From: Longimicrobiales bacterium
Lineage (GTDB): Bacteria; Gemmatimonadota; Gemmatimonadetes; Longimicrobiales; Gaopeijiaceae
NCBI GenBank assembly: GCA_965249725.1
Contig: CBDFMQ010000002.1
Location: 2,896,750 to 2,960,749, forward strand
Length of the DNA stretch: 64,000 nt
Reading direction: 5' to 3'
The notes beneath the pieces were generated by a model. The model did not search any database and was not told where the DNA came from. It was given only the letters and a program-made list of their open reading frames with translations. Every line of letters begins with the position of its first letter. Position 1 is the first letter of the stretch. A program made the translations under genes and the position numbers. Below are positions 10,083 through 21,790 of this stretch, one piece after another.

Positions 10083-10910
10083 ATGCGCCGGATATGTACT
10101 GCTCTGATGTTGCTCGCCACCGCCGCCTGTCTGGACCAGGAAGCCGCCCCAACGGCTCCAGAGTTCGACGTCGCACTGTCAGTGTCAGGAAAGGGCGGTT
10201 CCGCGACGTACGAGGTTACGGTCACCAACGACACGGGCGGCCAACCCTTCACCCCCCCACTGGCTGTGACACACCGAAAGTCACTCGTTGTGTTCGAGGT
10301 GGGCGAGGCGGCGAGCCTCGGAGTCCAGGAGATTGCCGAGAATGGGAATCTCGGCCCGCTCGAAGCGGCCTTGACCGGACACAAGCACGTCTCGGACCTC
10401 GTGATCGCACTCGGATCGCCGCCCCCGATACTTCCAGGGACTTCACGCACATTTACGATCACGGCAGGCAAGGGGGCCAAGTATCTGTCGTTCGTCTCGA
10501 TGTTGATCTGCACGAACGACGGCTTTACCGGCCTCGACGCGGTACGACTGCCCAAAGACGGCGATGACACCTCTGTGTACATGACCATGGCGTATGACGC
10601 GGGCACCGAGATCAACACCGAAGACTTCGACGACATGGTTCCGCCCTGCGACCCCTTGACCGGTGGCCCGGGCGGTAGCGGCACCGGCACCAGCAACCCT
10701 GCGCTCGCAGAGAACGGCGTCATCCACATGCACGGCGGCATTCAGGGCGGGAATGATCTGAGCCCGTCGATTCACGGATGGACCGGTCCCGTCGCAACCG
10801 TGTCGATCACGCGGGTCGATAAGAGCGACAAGAGTGCCAAGAGCGGGAAGAGCGGGAAGAGCGGGAAGAGCGGGAAGAGCGATAAGAGCAAGAAGAGCAA
10901 GAAGGGCTGA
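10083..10910 (+). CDS. Spondin_N domain lipoprotein with Lys/Ser/Gly-rich basic tail
   Basis: Lipobox TAAC; GQPFTPP, AENGN, SMLICTNDGFTG, YDAGTEINTE; AGGAGG RBS. Confidence 0.85.
   Translation: MRRICTALMLLATAACLDQEAAPTAPEFDVALSVSGKGGSATYEVTVTNDTGGQPFTPPLAVTHRKSLVVFEVGEAASLGVQEIAENGNLGPLEAALTGHKHVSDLVIALGSPPPILPGTSRTFTITAGKGAKYLSFVSMLICTNDGFTGLDAVRLPKDGDDTSVYMTMAYDAGTEINTEDFDDMVPPCDPLTGGPGGSGTGTSNPALAENGVIHMHGGIQGGNDLSPSIHGWTGPVATVSITRVDKSDKSAKSGKSGKSGKSGKSDKSKKSKKG
10821..10904 (+). repeat. 9-bp coding tandem repeat (AAGAGCGGG-like) encoding KSG/KSD/KSK
   Basis: aagagcgac aagagtgcc (aagagcggg)x4 aagagcgat aagagcaag aagagcaag. Confidence 0.9.
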
Positions 10911-11123
10911 CGCTAGCCCGAGCTTCGAACTCGCTCCACACCGGGGCGGTCGGTCCTGGGGGGGGCCGGCCGTACCCGTTCGCGGAGAGGCAGCGGACGC
11001 GTTGCGCCGAAGGGGGTAGCGGGGGGGGGTACTGGCACCAATCCAACGGCCGGGAAACCGAAGCCAGAGCCGTGTACGAGCGCACCCAGTCGGGGCGCGC
11101 CGGTCAGTGGGCGGCGTTCGGGT

Positions 11124-12470
11124 TCATCGCGGCGGAGGCGGAGCTGGGGCGGATGGGTGCGTGATCCCCTCGAGTCGTTCTACGAAGTCATTAAGTAGAG
11201 CTTGGCTCTGCCGGCTGTCGAGGGCAAAGGCATCGTAGTGGAGGGTGAGGCGAAGCGCCCCGGCGTAGGTGTGGGCGGCGAGCGTGATGTTGGTCTCGGG
11301 CCGGATCGGGGGCAGGAAGTCGACGCACTCCAGAGTGGTTGAGCCGAGGCATGTTTTTCCATCTTCGTTGCTCAACGGACTCTGGTCGAAGAGGCGTCCC
11401 GCGTTGGACAGCACGGCCGTGGCCTGACATTGACGTGCCCGAACCATGGTTGATAGGCCACCGACGAACCGTCCCAGAGCCACGCTGTGGAGAAAAGCCA
11501 AGCCCAGTTTGTTTCGCCTGATCCTCCGCATCTCACGATGAATGCCCTGTAAGAAACCAGGGCTATCGTCTACATGACTGGCCCGACGATTGAGGAACGC
11601 TAGGCTCATATGATTGATCGCGGAGACGGAACCGGCGGGGCGAAAACCGACGGCCACGCAAACACGTATCCACGGCGACGTTGCCCTCTCCGGCGGTGGC
11701 TGGCGCGCGCCTATGGTTGAATACAGGGTGTGAATAAGGAGGTCGTTGAGGGAGACTCCTCGGGTGCCGGCGGCAGCCCGTAGGGAGGCGGTCTCCTGGG
11801 CGTTGAACTGCCAGTTGAGCGACCGCGGGTAGAGTGGGCCGGGTGACGCCTCGTCATCGGCAGGGCCGGACGTAGTCAGCGCGTGTGGCGTACGCATCAG
11901 GTAGTGGAGCACGCCATTCCAGGCTCGGACTTGTCTCAGGCTCGCCCACCAAAACTGTGCACGCGTCAAGCCGACGCGATGGCGTTGACGCAGGCGTGAG
12001 TTGTCGCGAACGGGTGCTGGTGGGGTGGGCAGTTCCGGCGAGGCAAGGGCGTAGTGGACGAGTAGGTCTTCTGCGAAGCGTAAGACACCGAGACCGTCAG
12101 AGGCCGCATGATGGGCTTGTAGGACAAGATCTGTGTGCTGCCCGTCACCGCAGGTATAGACGCGTACTCCCGGTTCGCTACACACGTCGAGCGGACGCAG
12201 GTTCGGTAGTTCGGGACCCGGCGTTGTCGCGAGTTTTTGTACATGGATCGGTGCGGGGCTCGGTATCCAGTACCAGTGGCGAGCTCGCTGTTGTGCTATA
12301 CAGGTGAGGAGAGGATGATCGCGGAGGGCCGTTTGCAGAGCAGCCTCCAGTATATCCGGATCGAGTGCACCGGAGAAACGCAATCGCACAAACCCGTTCA
12401 TGGGATAGACTGGCCCGTGATCGACCAGCATGTACTGCTCGAACGGTACGAGACGCAGCGGTCGGGTCAT
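11124..12470 (-). CDS. Stand-alone condensation-domain / CoA-dependent acyltransferase
   Basis: HHxxxDG motif (HHAASDG); GVSLNDLL; AVLSNAG. Confidence 0.7.
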   Translation of the reverse strand: MTRPLRLVPFEQYMLVDHGPVYPMNGFVRLRFSGALDPDILEAALQTALRDHPLLTCIAQQRARHWYWIPSPAPIHVQKLATTPGPELPNLRPLDVCSEPGVRVYTCGDGQHTDLVLQAHHAASDGLGVLRFAEDLLVHYALASPELPTPPAPVRDNSRLRQRHRVGLTRAQFWWASLRQVRAWNGVLHYLMRTPHALTTSGPADDEASPGPLYPRSLNWQFNAQETASLRAAAGTRGVSLNDLLIHTLYSTIGARQPPPERATSPWIRVCVAVGFRPAGSVSAINHMSLAFLNRRASHVDDSPGFLQGIHREMRRIRRNKLGLAFLHSVALGRFVGGLSTMVRARQCQATAVLSNAGRLFDQSPLSNEDGKTCLGSTTLECVDFLPPIRPETNITLAAHTYAGALRLTLHYDAFALDSRQSQALLNDFVERLEGITHPSAPAPPPPR

Positions 12471-12722
12471 GGCTTCAATCTTCCGACCACGGTCGATCTA
12501 GTTGCTGCTTGCTGGCGCGAACGCCGCGACGAGACCGCGGAAGACGGCGATCGCGTAGGAGTAGCGTGGCGGCCGGCTCATTGGGATCTCCTGCGGGATG
12601 ATGATCGTCGCCTAACGGCTCGAGGCTCTGCTCAACGGCCAATGTGGTGACCGCGAGCGAAGCGCGCGAATGACCTATATTGCTCGACCGGAAACGTCGG
12701 ACCCTAGCAACCCACCTGTTCA

Positions 12723-13400
12723 ATGAAACGCCTGACACTGCTCGATACTGCCCAGGTTCCCGGGGACGGAGGAGAGATCGGCCTCTACCAGCTCGGCGAC
12801 GACTACATCATCAAGGTCGCGGGCGGCCAGGACCTGATGAGCACTCGTACACACGGGTCCGCCGACGCGCTGGCCGAGATCGCGTGCACCGAGATTGTGG
12901 ATCGAGCCAACGCACGTGCCCTGATCGGCGGTCTGGGGATGGGGTTCACCTTGGCGACGGCGCTGCGCCACCTCGGCCCCGATGCCTACGTGGTCGTCGC
13001 CGAACTGGTGCCGGCGGTGGTCGAGTGGAATCGCGGCCCGCCGGGAGAGCACTCCGGGCACCCTCTCCGGGATGAACGCGTCACCGTCCGCGAGGCAGAC
13101 GTCGGTGTCGTGCTGAGGGAGGCGCCCGCGGCTTGGGATGCCATCATGTTGGATGTGGATAATGGCCCGGAGGGTTTGACCAAGAACGACAATGATTGGC
13201 TCTACTCCGGGGCCGGGCTTCATGCCACCTACCAGGCCCTTCGACCCGAGGGCGTGCTCACCGTGTGGTCGGCCCACTCGGACAAGGGCTTCACGAAGCG
13301 GCTACGGAAGGTCGGATTCGAAGCGGAGGAGGTCGTCGTGCGCGCACACGGCGGAAAGGGCTCGCGGCATGTCATCTGGAAGGCGCGAAGAGGAAGGTAG
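12723..13400 (+). CDS. Spermidine synthase-like SAM-dependent methyltransferase
   Basis: [21 protein letters not shown]. Confidence 0.8.
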   Translation: MKRLTLLDTAQVPGDGGEIGLYQLGDDYIIKVAGGQDLMSTRTHGSADALAEIACTEIVDRANARALIGGLGMGFTLATALRHLGPDAYVVVAELVPAVVEWNRGPPGEHSGHPLRDERVTVREADVGVVLREAPAAWDAIMLDVDNGPEGLTKNDNDWLYSGAGLHATYQALRPEGVLTVWSAHSDKGFTKRLRKVGFEAEEVVVRAHGGKGSRHVIWKARRGR

Positions 13401-13467
13401 CTGGAGGCGCCCACCTGCCGGCCCAACCGTCACTCTCCCCGCCCACCGCATTCGAGTACCTTGGGGC

Positions 13468-15054
13468 ATGGAGCCTCACGCCGCCGCAGAATCCACCGCC
13501 ACCCCCCTCGGCGTCCTCCGCGACGTGTTCGGCTACGAGAACTTCCGACCCGGTCAGCTCGAGGTCATCGAGGCCGTCATGGCAGGCCGCGACTGCATTG
13601 CGCTTATGCCAACCGGAGCGGGTAAATCCCTGACCTTCCAGGTACCGGCTCGGATGATGGACGGCACAGTGCTCGTGGTGTCTCCGCTGATCTCCCTCAT
13701 GAAGGACCAGGTGGATGCACTCGTCGACCTCGGCTTTCGCGCTGCGGCGATCAACTCGTCGTTAGAACCCGGCGAACGTGAGCGGAGACTCCAGGCACTC
13801 CGGGCCGGAGAGTACGAGTTGGTCTACCTGGCTCCCGAGCGACTCGACGGCCGCCTGAGTCGGGAAGCCGGGAACTGGCCTCTCTCGCTGCTCGTCGTGG
13901 ACGAAGCTCACTGCATCAGCCAGTGGGGCCATGACTTCAGGCCGTCGTACCGGCGGCTGCAGCGACTGCGGACGGCGCTCCCGAACACGCCCGTCCTGGC
14001 ACTCACGGCCACCGCCACCAACGACGTGGCTCGCGACATCATCCGCCAACTCGAGATGACCAAGCCCGCTGGCTTCAAGGGCTCGTTCTTCCGATCCAAC
14101 CTGAACATCTACTGCAGAAAGAAGGGCACCGGACCCACGCGACAGGAGATCGCGGGGCTGATCAAGGCGCGGTCCGGCCAGAGTGGCATCCTGTACTGTG
14201 CCTCTCGAAAGGCGGTCGATCAGATGACCGACTTCCTGTGTGATCTGGGCGTGCGGGCCCTACCCTACCACGCCGGAATGGAGGCGGAGGAGCGATCGAC
14301 CAACCAAGAAGCCTTCGCCAAGGACGACGCCGACGTGATCGTCGCGACCATCGCCTTCGGCATGGGCATCGACAAGTCCAACGTGCGCTTCGTCATCCAT
14401 CGGGACATGCCGAAGGATGTAGAGTCTTGGTATCAGGAGATGGGCCGCGCGGGGCGGGACGGTCTGGAGAGCGACTGCTTTCTCTTCTACTCATGGGCCG
14501 ACGTGAAGCAGCAGGAGCGCTTCCTGAGCGACATCGATGATCCCGATCTCTATTGGGCGAAGGCCGAAGCGACCAAGGCCCTCTTCCGGCTTGTGGAGAA
14601 CGGAGGATGTCGCCACCAGAAGATCCTCACACATCTCAGCGAGGAGATCAGTCCGTGCGACGTGTCTTGTGACTGGTGCACGGGAATCAAGGCCGAGGAT
14701 CTGGCGGCGGAAGGCATAATGGCCGTCGAGGCAGGGGGCCAGACTATGTCCCGAGCCGGCCCCCGGTCCGGCTCCACGCGTTCCCGCTCACGACAGACCG
14801 CCGATCGGGTCGCAGAACCCGGTCCGCTATCCGATGAGGCAGAGGCCCTGTTTCAATCGCTGAGGGACCTCCGCAAGTCGATCGCGGACCGTCAGGGAGT
14901 GCCGGCCTACATCGTGTTCAGCGACAAGACCCTGCGCGCCATGGCCGAAGCGCGCCCGTCCACTCCGGGGGAGCTCCTGGCCGTCTCGGGCGTGGGACCG
15001 CTCAAGCTCGAGCGGTACGGCGAAGCCTTCCTGGACGCGGTGAGCGAATCCTAG
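13468..15054 (+). CDS. recQ: RecQ-family ATP-dependent DNA helicase with HRDC domain
   Basis: [61 protein letters not shown]. Confidence 0.92.
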   Translation: MEPHAAAESTATPLGVLRDVFGYENFRPGQLEVIEAVMAGRDCIALMPTGAGKSLTFQVPARMMDGTVLVVSPLISLMKDQVDALVDLGFRAAAINSSLEPGERERRLQALRAGEYELVYLAPERLDGRLSREAGNWPLSLLVVDEAHCISQWGHDFRPSYRRLQRLRTALPNTPVLALTATATNDVARDIIRQLEMTKPAGFKGSFFRSNLNIYCRKKGTGPTRQEIAGLIKARSGQSGILYCASRKAVDQMTDFLCDLGVRALPYHAGMEAEERSTNQEAFAKDDADVIVATIAFGMGIDKSNVRFVIHRDMPKDVESWYQEMGRAGRDGLESDCFLFYSWADVKQQERFLSDIDDPDLYWAKAEATKALFRLVENGGCRHQKILTHLSEEISPCDVSCDWCTGIKAEDLAAEGIMAVEAGGQTMSRAGPRSGSTRSRSRQTADRVAEPGPLSDEAEALFQSLRDLRKSIADRQGVPAYIVFSDKTLRAMAEARPSTPGELLAVSGVGPLKLERYGEAFLDAVSES

Positions 15055-15091
15055 GAACGGGCTCCGCAGGGGTGATGAACGCACCCTCCGG

Positions 15092-15583
15092 CTAGTGAGC
15101 CGGTCCTTCGTCATCAGCTGACGGGCCGTAGATCGCCGGCACCTTGCTGCCCATGGGGCGCAGGTACGTGCTCAACTGGCCACGGTGATGGATCGCGTCC
15201 AGGAGCATCATCCAGGCCAACTGCATACGCGGGCCCTCCATGATCTCGTGCTCCCCGACGAAGAACTTGGCGGGGCTCATCCAAGCCTCCTCGTCGATAT
15301 CGCCGAGCCGCGTGATCACTTCCCCGAAGGTCTGGTCCATGGTCGCGACCGCTTCTTCGATCGTCTCGAAGGGCACCTGATTGCGGTGATGGATGGCACC
15401 GTCGTCGAGCAACTCGATCAGGTCCTGATTGTGGCCGATCAGGTGCCCGATCAGGTCCTCCGCGCTACGCGCCTTTGGTTCCGGGCGGTAACCACGTCCC
15501 TCTTCGGGGACGGCATTCACAACGTTGCAGAAGAGCCCGCGCTCGTGTTCCAGGATGCCCTTCAAGAAAGCGGGTGCGCTCAT
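15092..15583 (-). CDS. DinB-family protein
   Basis: HHRGQLSTYLRPMGSKVPAIYGPSAD. Confidence 0.85.
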   Translation of the reverse strand: MSAPAFLKGILEHERGLFCNVVNAVPEEGRGYRPEPKARSAEDLIGHLIGHNQDLIELLDDGAIHHRNQVPFETIEEAVATMDQTFGEVITRLGDIDEEAWMSPAKFFVGEHEIMEGPRMQLAWMMLLDAIHHRGQLSTYLRPMGSKVPAIYGPSADDEGPAH

Positions 15584-15697
15584 CGAGAATCACCTCTGTT
15601 TGATGTCAGCGATTTGGGAGGGAACGTAATCTGAGCACTCCCCGCCGAGTACGCGAGTAGTGCTATTCGCCTCCTCTCCGGGACCGCTCCGCAGCCC

Positions 15698-17050
<1,353 letters not shown>

Positions 17051-17245
17051 GTGATGTTATCCGGTTAATAGGCGCACGGCAGGCCGGCCGGAGTATCCGG
17101 CTCGATAAGCGGGCGCAGTGTGTTGAGCTAGTGTTGCCCCAGGAACCGAGGGCTCAAGGTGGGGATGTCACTGCAGGAAGGTAGTGGCAACATCTGTTTC
17201 CACCCACCCCCTACCTACCTCATAGGCACCCGAACGCGAATACGG

Positions 17246-18970
17246 TTACCCCCTCGGCACTTCGAGCGTCCGCCGTATCGTGCCGGCCTTCTCGGACTCG
17301 ACGACGATCGTCGCATGGGCCTGCTGGGTCTCGTCCAGCACCCTCACCGTCCACGCGACGGACCGCGGATCAATCCCGCCACCACGAGTTCCCGGCAGTA
17401 CTCCCAGCGACACCGTCGGTTCACCCGAGATCAGTTCGGCGTTCACCAACTCCAGCGTCGCGCGCACCGGCTGGGCGATGCCGAGCTCCTCGGCGGCGTG
17501 CACCGTAGCGGTGGCCATCCAACCCACATTGGCCACACTCGCCTCGACACGAAGTCCGGCACCCGACGGCGTGATGTGAGCGTTCTGGATCGCGACCTGC
17601 GGCGTCTTCTCGGCGAAGGTCAGCACCCATCGCACGTTTCGGTCTATCTCGTCCGCCATCAACCGCGGCGGGGGGCTCGCCGTGGACCAGCGATCCCATC
17701 CGCCCAACTCGACGCGGCCCAGCTCCGGATGTTGGTAGGGATACCAGGAGACGAACCCGGTGCCGCCGAGTACCTCGTCGTTCCAGGCGAAGAGGGCGTC
17801 CTGCCCCTCGCCGATGGCGTGCGCCCACATCTCGGTCGTGATCGCGAGCACCCCGAACTCCTTGGACGCCCAGTCGTTGAACACTCCGTGCCCGGGGCTC
17901 ATCAGGTCCACGATGGCCTTCTTCTCGTAGGCGAAGTTCTGGTAGCCGGTAATGGCCACACCGTCCTCGGCAAGCGCTCGGTACGCATCGAGGTCGGCGT
18001 CGGGAAAGTCCCAATCCTGATCCGCGAGCGTGGGGAAGCGGAGGATCAGGCCACCGCTGGTATGGAAGGTATGGATGGCCGCGATGTTCGGACGCTCGGT
18101 GATGTACGCCACCAGGGCGTGCGTCTCGGGTTCGGACAGAGGAAATGGGCCTGATGCGAACTGAGCCGCGCTCCAGTTGGCGGGGAAGTTCCGGTTCAGA
18201 TCGACTCCGCCAACCCGGTCCTCGTTGAATCGACCGTCGCCATCGTCGTCGACGCCTTCTCGCATCACCTGATAGCGGGGACCCTCGACGGGGGCGGGAT
18301 TTCCGCCGGCCACGTCACGTACCCGGACCATGCGACGCGGATCAGACGAGTGCACGACCCAGTCGCCCTCGTCATCCGGCACCCGCATCTGCAGGATGCG
18401 ACCGTCACGGTCCAGGTCCTCGGGAGGATCTTCGTCCAGCAGGCCGTCCCCATCCTCGTCGATGGGCCTCACGTTCCAGCGATGGTTCTCGGGCGTGTCG
18501 ACAGAGATCGCACGTCCGTCGGGGTTCACGATGGGAACGACGTAGAAGGCTCGGCTGTCCACGAGGTCCGTCAGCTGGGCGTCGCTGCCATGACCCGACA
18601 GGATCCGGTCGAGAAACGCGAGCGCTCCTTCCCCGCCCAGCACCTCGCCACCATGGATGTTGCCGTCCACGTAGAACCCCGGCTTCTCGGACGCGGGCCC
18701 AGTTGCCGGGTTGTTCACATCCACCGCCCAAATCGGGCGTCCCTCGCGGCTCTGGCCGATCACATGGAGCGTCACGAGCTCGGGGTAGCGACCAGCGAGC
18801 GCCTCGACGTAGGTGCCGATCTCGTCGAGGGAGTGGTAGTGACCGAAGCGGATCAGCCCGGTGGCCTGAGCGTTGGCGGGGGTGGGAATGAGGAGGAGGA
18901 CGACCACCGCGAGCAGTGCCGTCGCGAAGGGCAGCGCGATCGCGGGCGATGAGTGAGGAAATCGGCGCAT
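17246..18970 (-). CDS. Secreted M14 zinc carboxypeptidase
   Basis: GNIHGGE, NPDG, DLNRNFP, SEPET, HTSGG. Confidence 0.9.
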   Translation of the reverse strand: MRRFPHSSPAIALPFATALLAVVVLLLIPTPANAQATGLIRFGHYHSLDEIGTYVEALAGRYPELVTLHVIGQSREGRPIWAVDVNNPATGPASEKPGFYVDGNIHGGEVLGGEGALAFLDRILSGHGSDAQLTDLVDSRAFYVVPIVNPDGRAISVDTPENHRWNVRPIDEDGDGLLDEDPPEDLDRDGRILQMRVPDDEGDWVVHSSDPRRMVRVRDVAGGNPAPVEGPRYQVMREGVDDDGDGRFNEDRVGGVDLNRNFPANWSAAQFASGPFPLSEPETHALVAYITERPNIAAIHTFHTSGGLILRFPTLADQDWDFPDADLDAYRALAEDGVAITGYQNFAYEKKAIVDLMSPGHGVFNDWASKEFGVLAITTEMWAHAIGEGQDALFAWNDEVLGGTGFVSWYPYQHPELGRVELGGWDRWSTASPPPRLMADEIDRNVRWVLTFAEKTPQVAIQNAHITPSGAGLRVEASVANVGWMATATVHAAEELGIAQPVRATLELVNAELISGEPTVSLGVLPGTRGGGIDPRSVAWTVRVLDETQQAHATIVVESEKAGTIRRTLEVPRG

Positions 18971-19225
18971 TCTAGGCGGGCTCCTTAAAGAGCGTCAGTA
19001 GCATCTTGAACGGACCTTCCCCGTGCAGGGACAGCACCGGGCTGGTAGTCGATGGTCTCGGCGAGCAGAGTGGGCTGATCGATCGGGTTGTCCATGGTGC
19101 CGGTTTTTCTAAGGCTCGATTGAATGAGAGGGCGCCGCGCCCTAACATTCGGTCATCGGCCGGCGACGACAACGCCATCGATGAGATTACGTACTCCGAC
19201 GAGCGCCAACCAATCGAAGGTGAGC

Positions 19226-19456
19226 ATGAACCTGCCGGAAAAGGTCTACACCGAAAAAGACGTGACGCGCGCCCGCAACAGAGGGCAGTTGTTGGGGTGG
19301 GTGCAGGGCGGCACGATCGTGATCTCCGGAGCCATCGTCCTCAACCTTCTGGGTTGGATTCCGGCGGTCTTGGCGGTGGGCGCCATCGGATACGGCGGGT
19401 ACAAGGTCTTCCGGTGGATGTCGAAGCCGTCTGCGGACGACAGCGCGGACTCCTGA
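19226..19456 (+). CDS. Small membrane protein
   Basis: 76 aa with two hydrophobic segments; AAGGTG upstream of ATG. Confidence 0.6.
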   Translation: MNLPEKVYTEKDVTRARNRGQLLGWVQGGTIVISGAIVLNLLGWIPAVLAVGAIGYGGYKVFRWMSKPSADDSADS

Positions 19457-19565
19457 ACCCGCTACGCCCGCCCGCTAGCCGGGGCCTCCCGCGCAACCTT
19501 ACGAGACGGTTCACCGTCTAAAGATGTGCAACTGACAAGAGTCGTACGGCCGTGGAGGACGAAAG

Positions 19566-19787
19566 ATGTTCGAGTTGATCACCGAAGCGCTAAGCACCTA
19601 CTTCAACGTTGTCACCGCCTTCTGGCAGGGCATGTCGCGTGGCGGAGGCATACAGCTGCTTCTGTTTGGGCTCGCCCTCTGGTGGCTGTTCGGCGGACGG
19701 ATTCGATGCCGGTGCGGCTGCGGCCACTGCGGATGCTGGTGCGGCCGCTGCAAGTGCGACGAAGTGCGCGTCGAGGACGAGGACTAG
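19566..19787 (+). CDS. Small membrane-anchored Cys-rich protein
   Basis: GGAGGA RBS; TM helix followed by CRCGCGHCGCWCGRCKC. Confidence 0.65.
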   Translation: MFELITEALSTYFNVVTAFWQGMSRGGGIQLLLFGLALWWLFGGRIRCRCGCGHCGCWCGRCKCDEVRVEDED

Positions 19788-19793
19788 CCTCCG

Positions 19794-21206
19794 TTAGTGC
19801 ACCAGGTGCAGGTCCGTCTGTCGCCTCAACGACCAGCGCATCTCCCCCTCAGCCGTGACCTCGGCCTCCTCCTCCAGGGCCATCCGCACGCGTTGACCGT
19901 CCCACTCGGGGACCGGAGTCGTGACCTGTAGCTCGGTCGAGAACCACATGCTGGGGATTACGGGCGGATCCCCTCGCCCCGGGACACCGTTCTGGTAGTC
20001 CCAGAGGCCGATCAGGGGGCCCGCGCCGTGGCCGTGGTCTCCGATGGGGTGGGTGTACATGGTCCCGTCCAGATCTTCGATCCGCATGGTGTTGAGAACC
20101 GACGCGAGGATCTCGTTGCCCGATCGTCCGACCTTCGTCTCTTCGAGCAGAATGTCCTGAAGACGGTTCGCGTTGGAGAGCGCCTTCTGAAGGCCTGCGG
20201 GCGCAGCGGACTCCCCGTCTAGCAGTACGTAAGCCATGTGCTGTGTGTCGGTGGTCATGCCCATGTTGACGATACCGAAGTCACAGTGCAGCACGTCACC
20301 GCGCTGGATGATCGGTGCGATCGAGTCTCCCATCTCCACCCCACGGCGCTGGATCGAGACCGACGGCTGAAACCAGGATCCGAGGCCCAGATCGTGCACG
20401 CGCTGACGCATCCACCACACCACGTCCTCCGTAGTCGTCTTGCCCGGTTCGATGACGACGTTGGAGAAAGCCGTGCCGATGATCTCGTGCACGATGGCCT
20501 GCATGTGGCGATAGGTCGGGGTCATGCCCGGAACGCGCATGGCGAGATAGTCGAGGGCTAGAAGAGGTTCACGGACGACCCGTCCGGCGAGGTCGCCCAG
20601 CGACTCCTCCATCTGCTCCCATTCACCCGCGGTCAGCCCGTCGGAGAAGTTGATGTCGTGCGAGATGTTCACGGCGATCCGCTGGGGATCGCGCTCCCGC
20701 ACCATGCGGGCGAAGAGGTCCCACTGGTCCTTCCCCCACAACTCGGCGGGCCGTCCATCGGCCGACAGCACGGTGGCCCGTACCGCCTCGTAGACTCCAC
20801 CCTGCTAGTTGCCACCCAACGCCAACCGCTCGACGCCCTCCTCCGGTCCCCGGTCGTAGAAGATGTAGATGGTGCGACGGCGCGCCGCGAAGGTGGTCGC
20901 CGATACGAGGGCCTTGAAGACCGGATCCTCGTTGTACTCGCGCATCGTCACGACCCACATGTCCACGCCATGCTTCCGCATCAACAAGGGGAGGTTCGTC
21001 TCGAGCCGTTCCTGCAGCCACGTCTGCTGGACCCGGGCCTGCTCGCGGAGCGTACCGAACGGCCGCGTCGAATCGTAGTCACGGGCCTGGGCCCCGAGCG
21101 GGGTCGGGCCGAGTAGGAGGATCGCTCCCAGTAGAGTCGATCCTAGTAGGGCCGACGCCAGGGTGACGGTCGAGCGGCGGAGGCTGGGGCTGAGCGAAAT
21201 ATCCAT
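19794..21206 (-). pseudogene. M24 (Xaa-Pro aminopeptidase-like) gene interrupted by one in-frame TAG at 20805-20807
   Basis: Track ORFs 20805..21341 and 19794..20771 share a frame; HCDFG, TDTQH, HPIGDHGHGAG motifs. Confidence 0.8.
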
Positions 21207-21249
21207 TCGTATCGTCTTTCCTGTAGGCTGGTCCGGTATTGAGCGACGG

Positions 21250-21699
21250 CTAGAACGGTGCTCCCTGACACGCACGCACGATCTCATCCACCTCGAGTAT
21301 GCTCGGTCGCGAAGGACCCTCGAGCCAGAGGTCCATGGCACGATCGAGGTTGGGGTCCGTCATGTCACGTCGGTGGGCGAGCCCCAGTGTCAACTCCAGC
21401 ACCTCTCGCTCGGCTCGCTCTTTCAGTTCGAGACGCACAACCTCCTGAACGATAGGAAGGCCGCTCGAGGGCTGGCCGGCGCTCCGTCGCGAGTCGCGGG
21501 CGCCCAGAAGGTCGCGGCGGTCCTCCTGGTCGCCGTAGAACTCGAAGCCGAGCTCGACGAGCCTCTCCTTCGCACACGAAATGGACCGGAGGTCTCCGTC
21601 AGCCCGTACCTCGTACGGCATGGGCGCTTGGAGCCCGCGGGGGTAGCAGGCAGTCGCCAAGGGGACTGCCGTGGCCAGGAGAACCCATCGCATCGGCAT
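21250..21699 (-). CDS. Hypothetical lipoprotein
   Basis: Lipobox ATAC; plausible frame. Confidence 0.5.
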   Translation of the reverse strand: MPMRWVLLATAVPLATACYPRGLQAPMPYEVRADGDLRSISCAKERLVELGFEFYGDQEDRRDLLGARDSRRSAGQPSSGLPIVQEVVRLELKERAEREVLELTLGLAHRRDMTDPNLDRAMDLWLEGPSRPSILEVDEIVRACQGAPF

Positions 21700-21790
21700 G
21701 TATTACTCTACACGAGGCCGGAATCGGGGTGCCACGCCGGTATGCGCTCGCACGCCTGATCGGGGGCCCAGATTGCGACCCGATGTCACA

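Noticed and set aside
12498..12581. Short minus-strand ORF with RBS (MSRPPRYSYAIAVFRGLVAAFAPASSN)
   Set aside because: Too short and unsupported; possibly a signal-peptide remnant.
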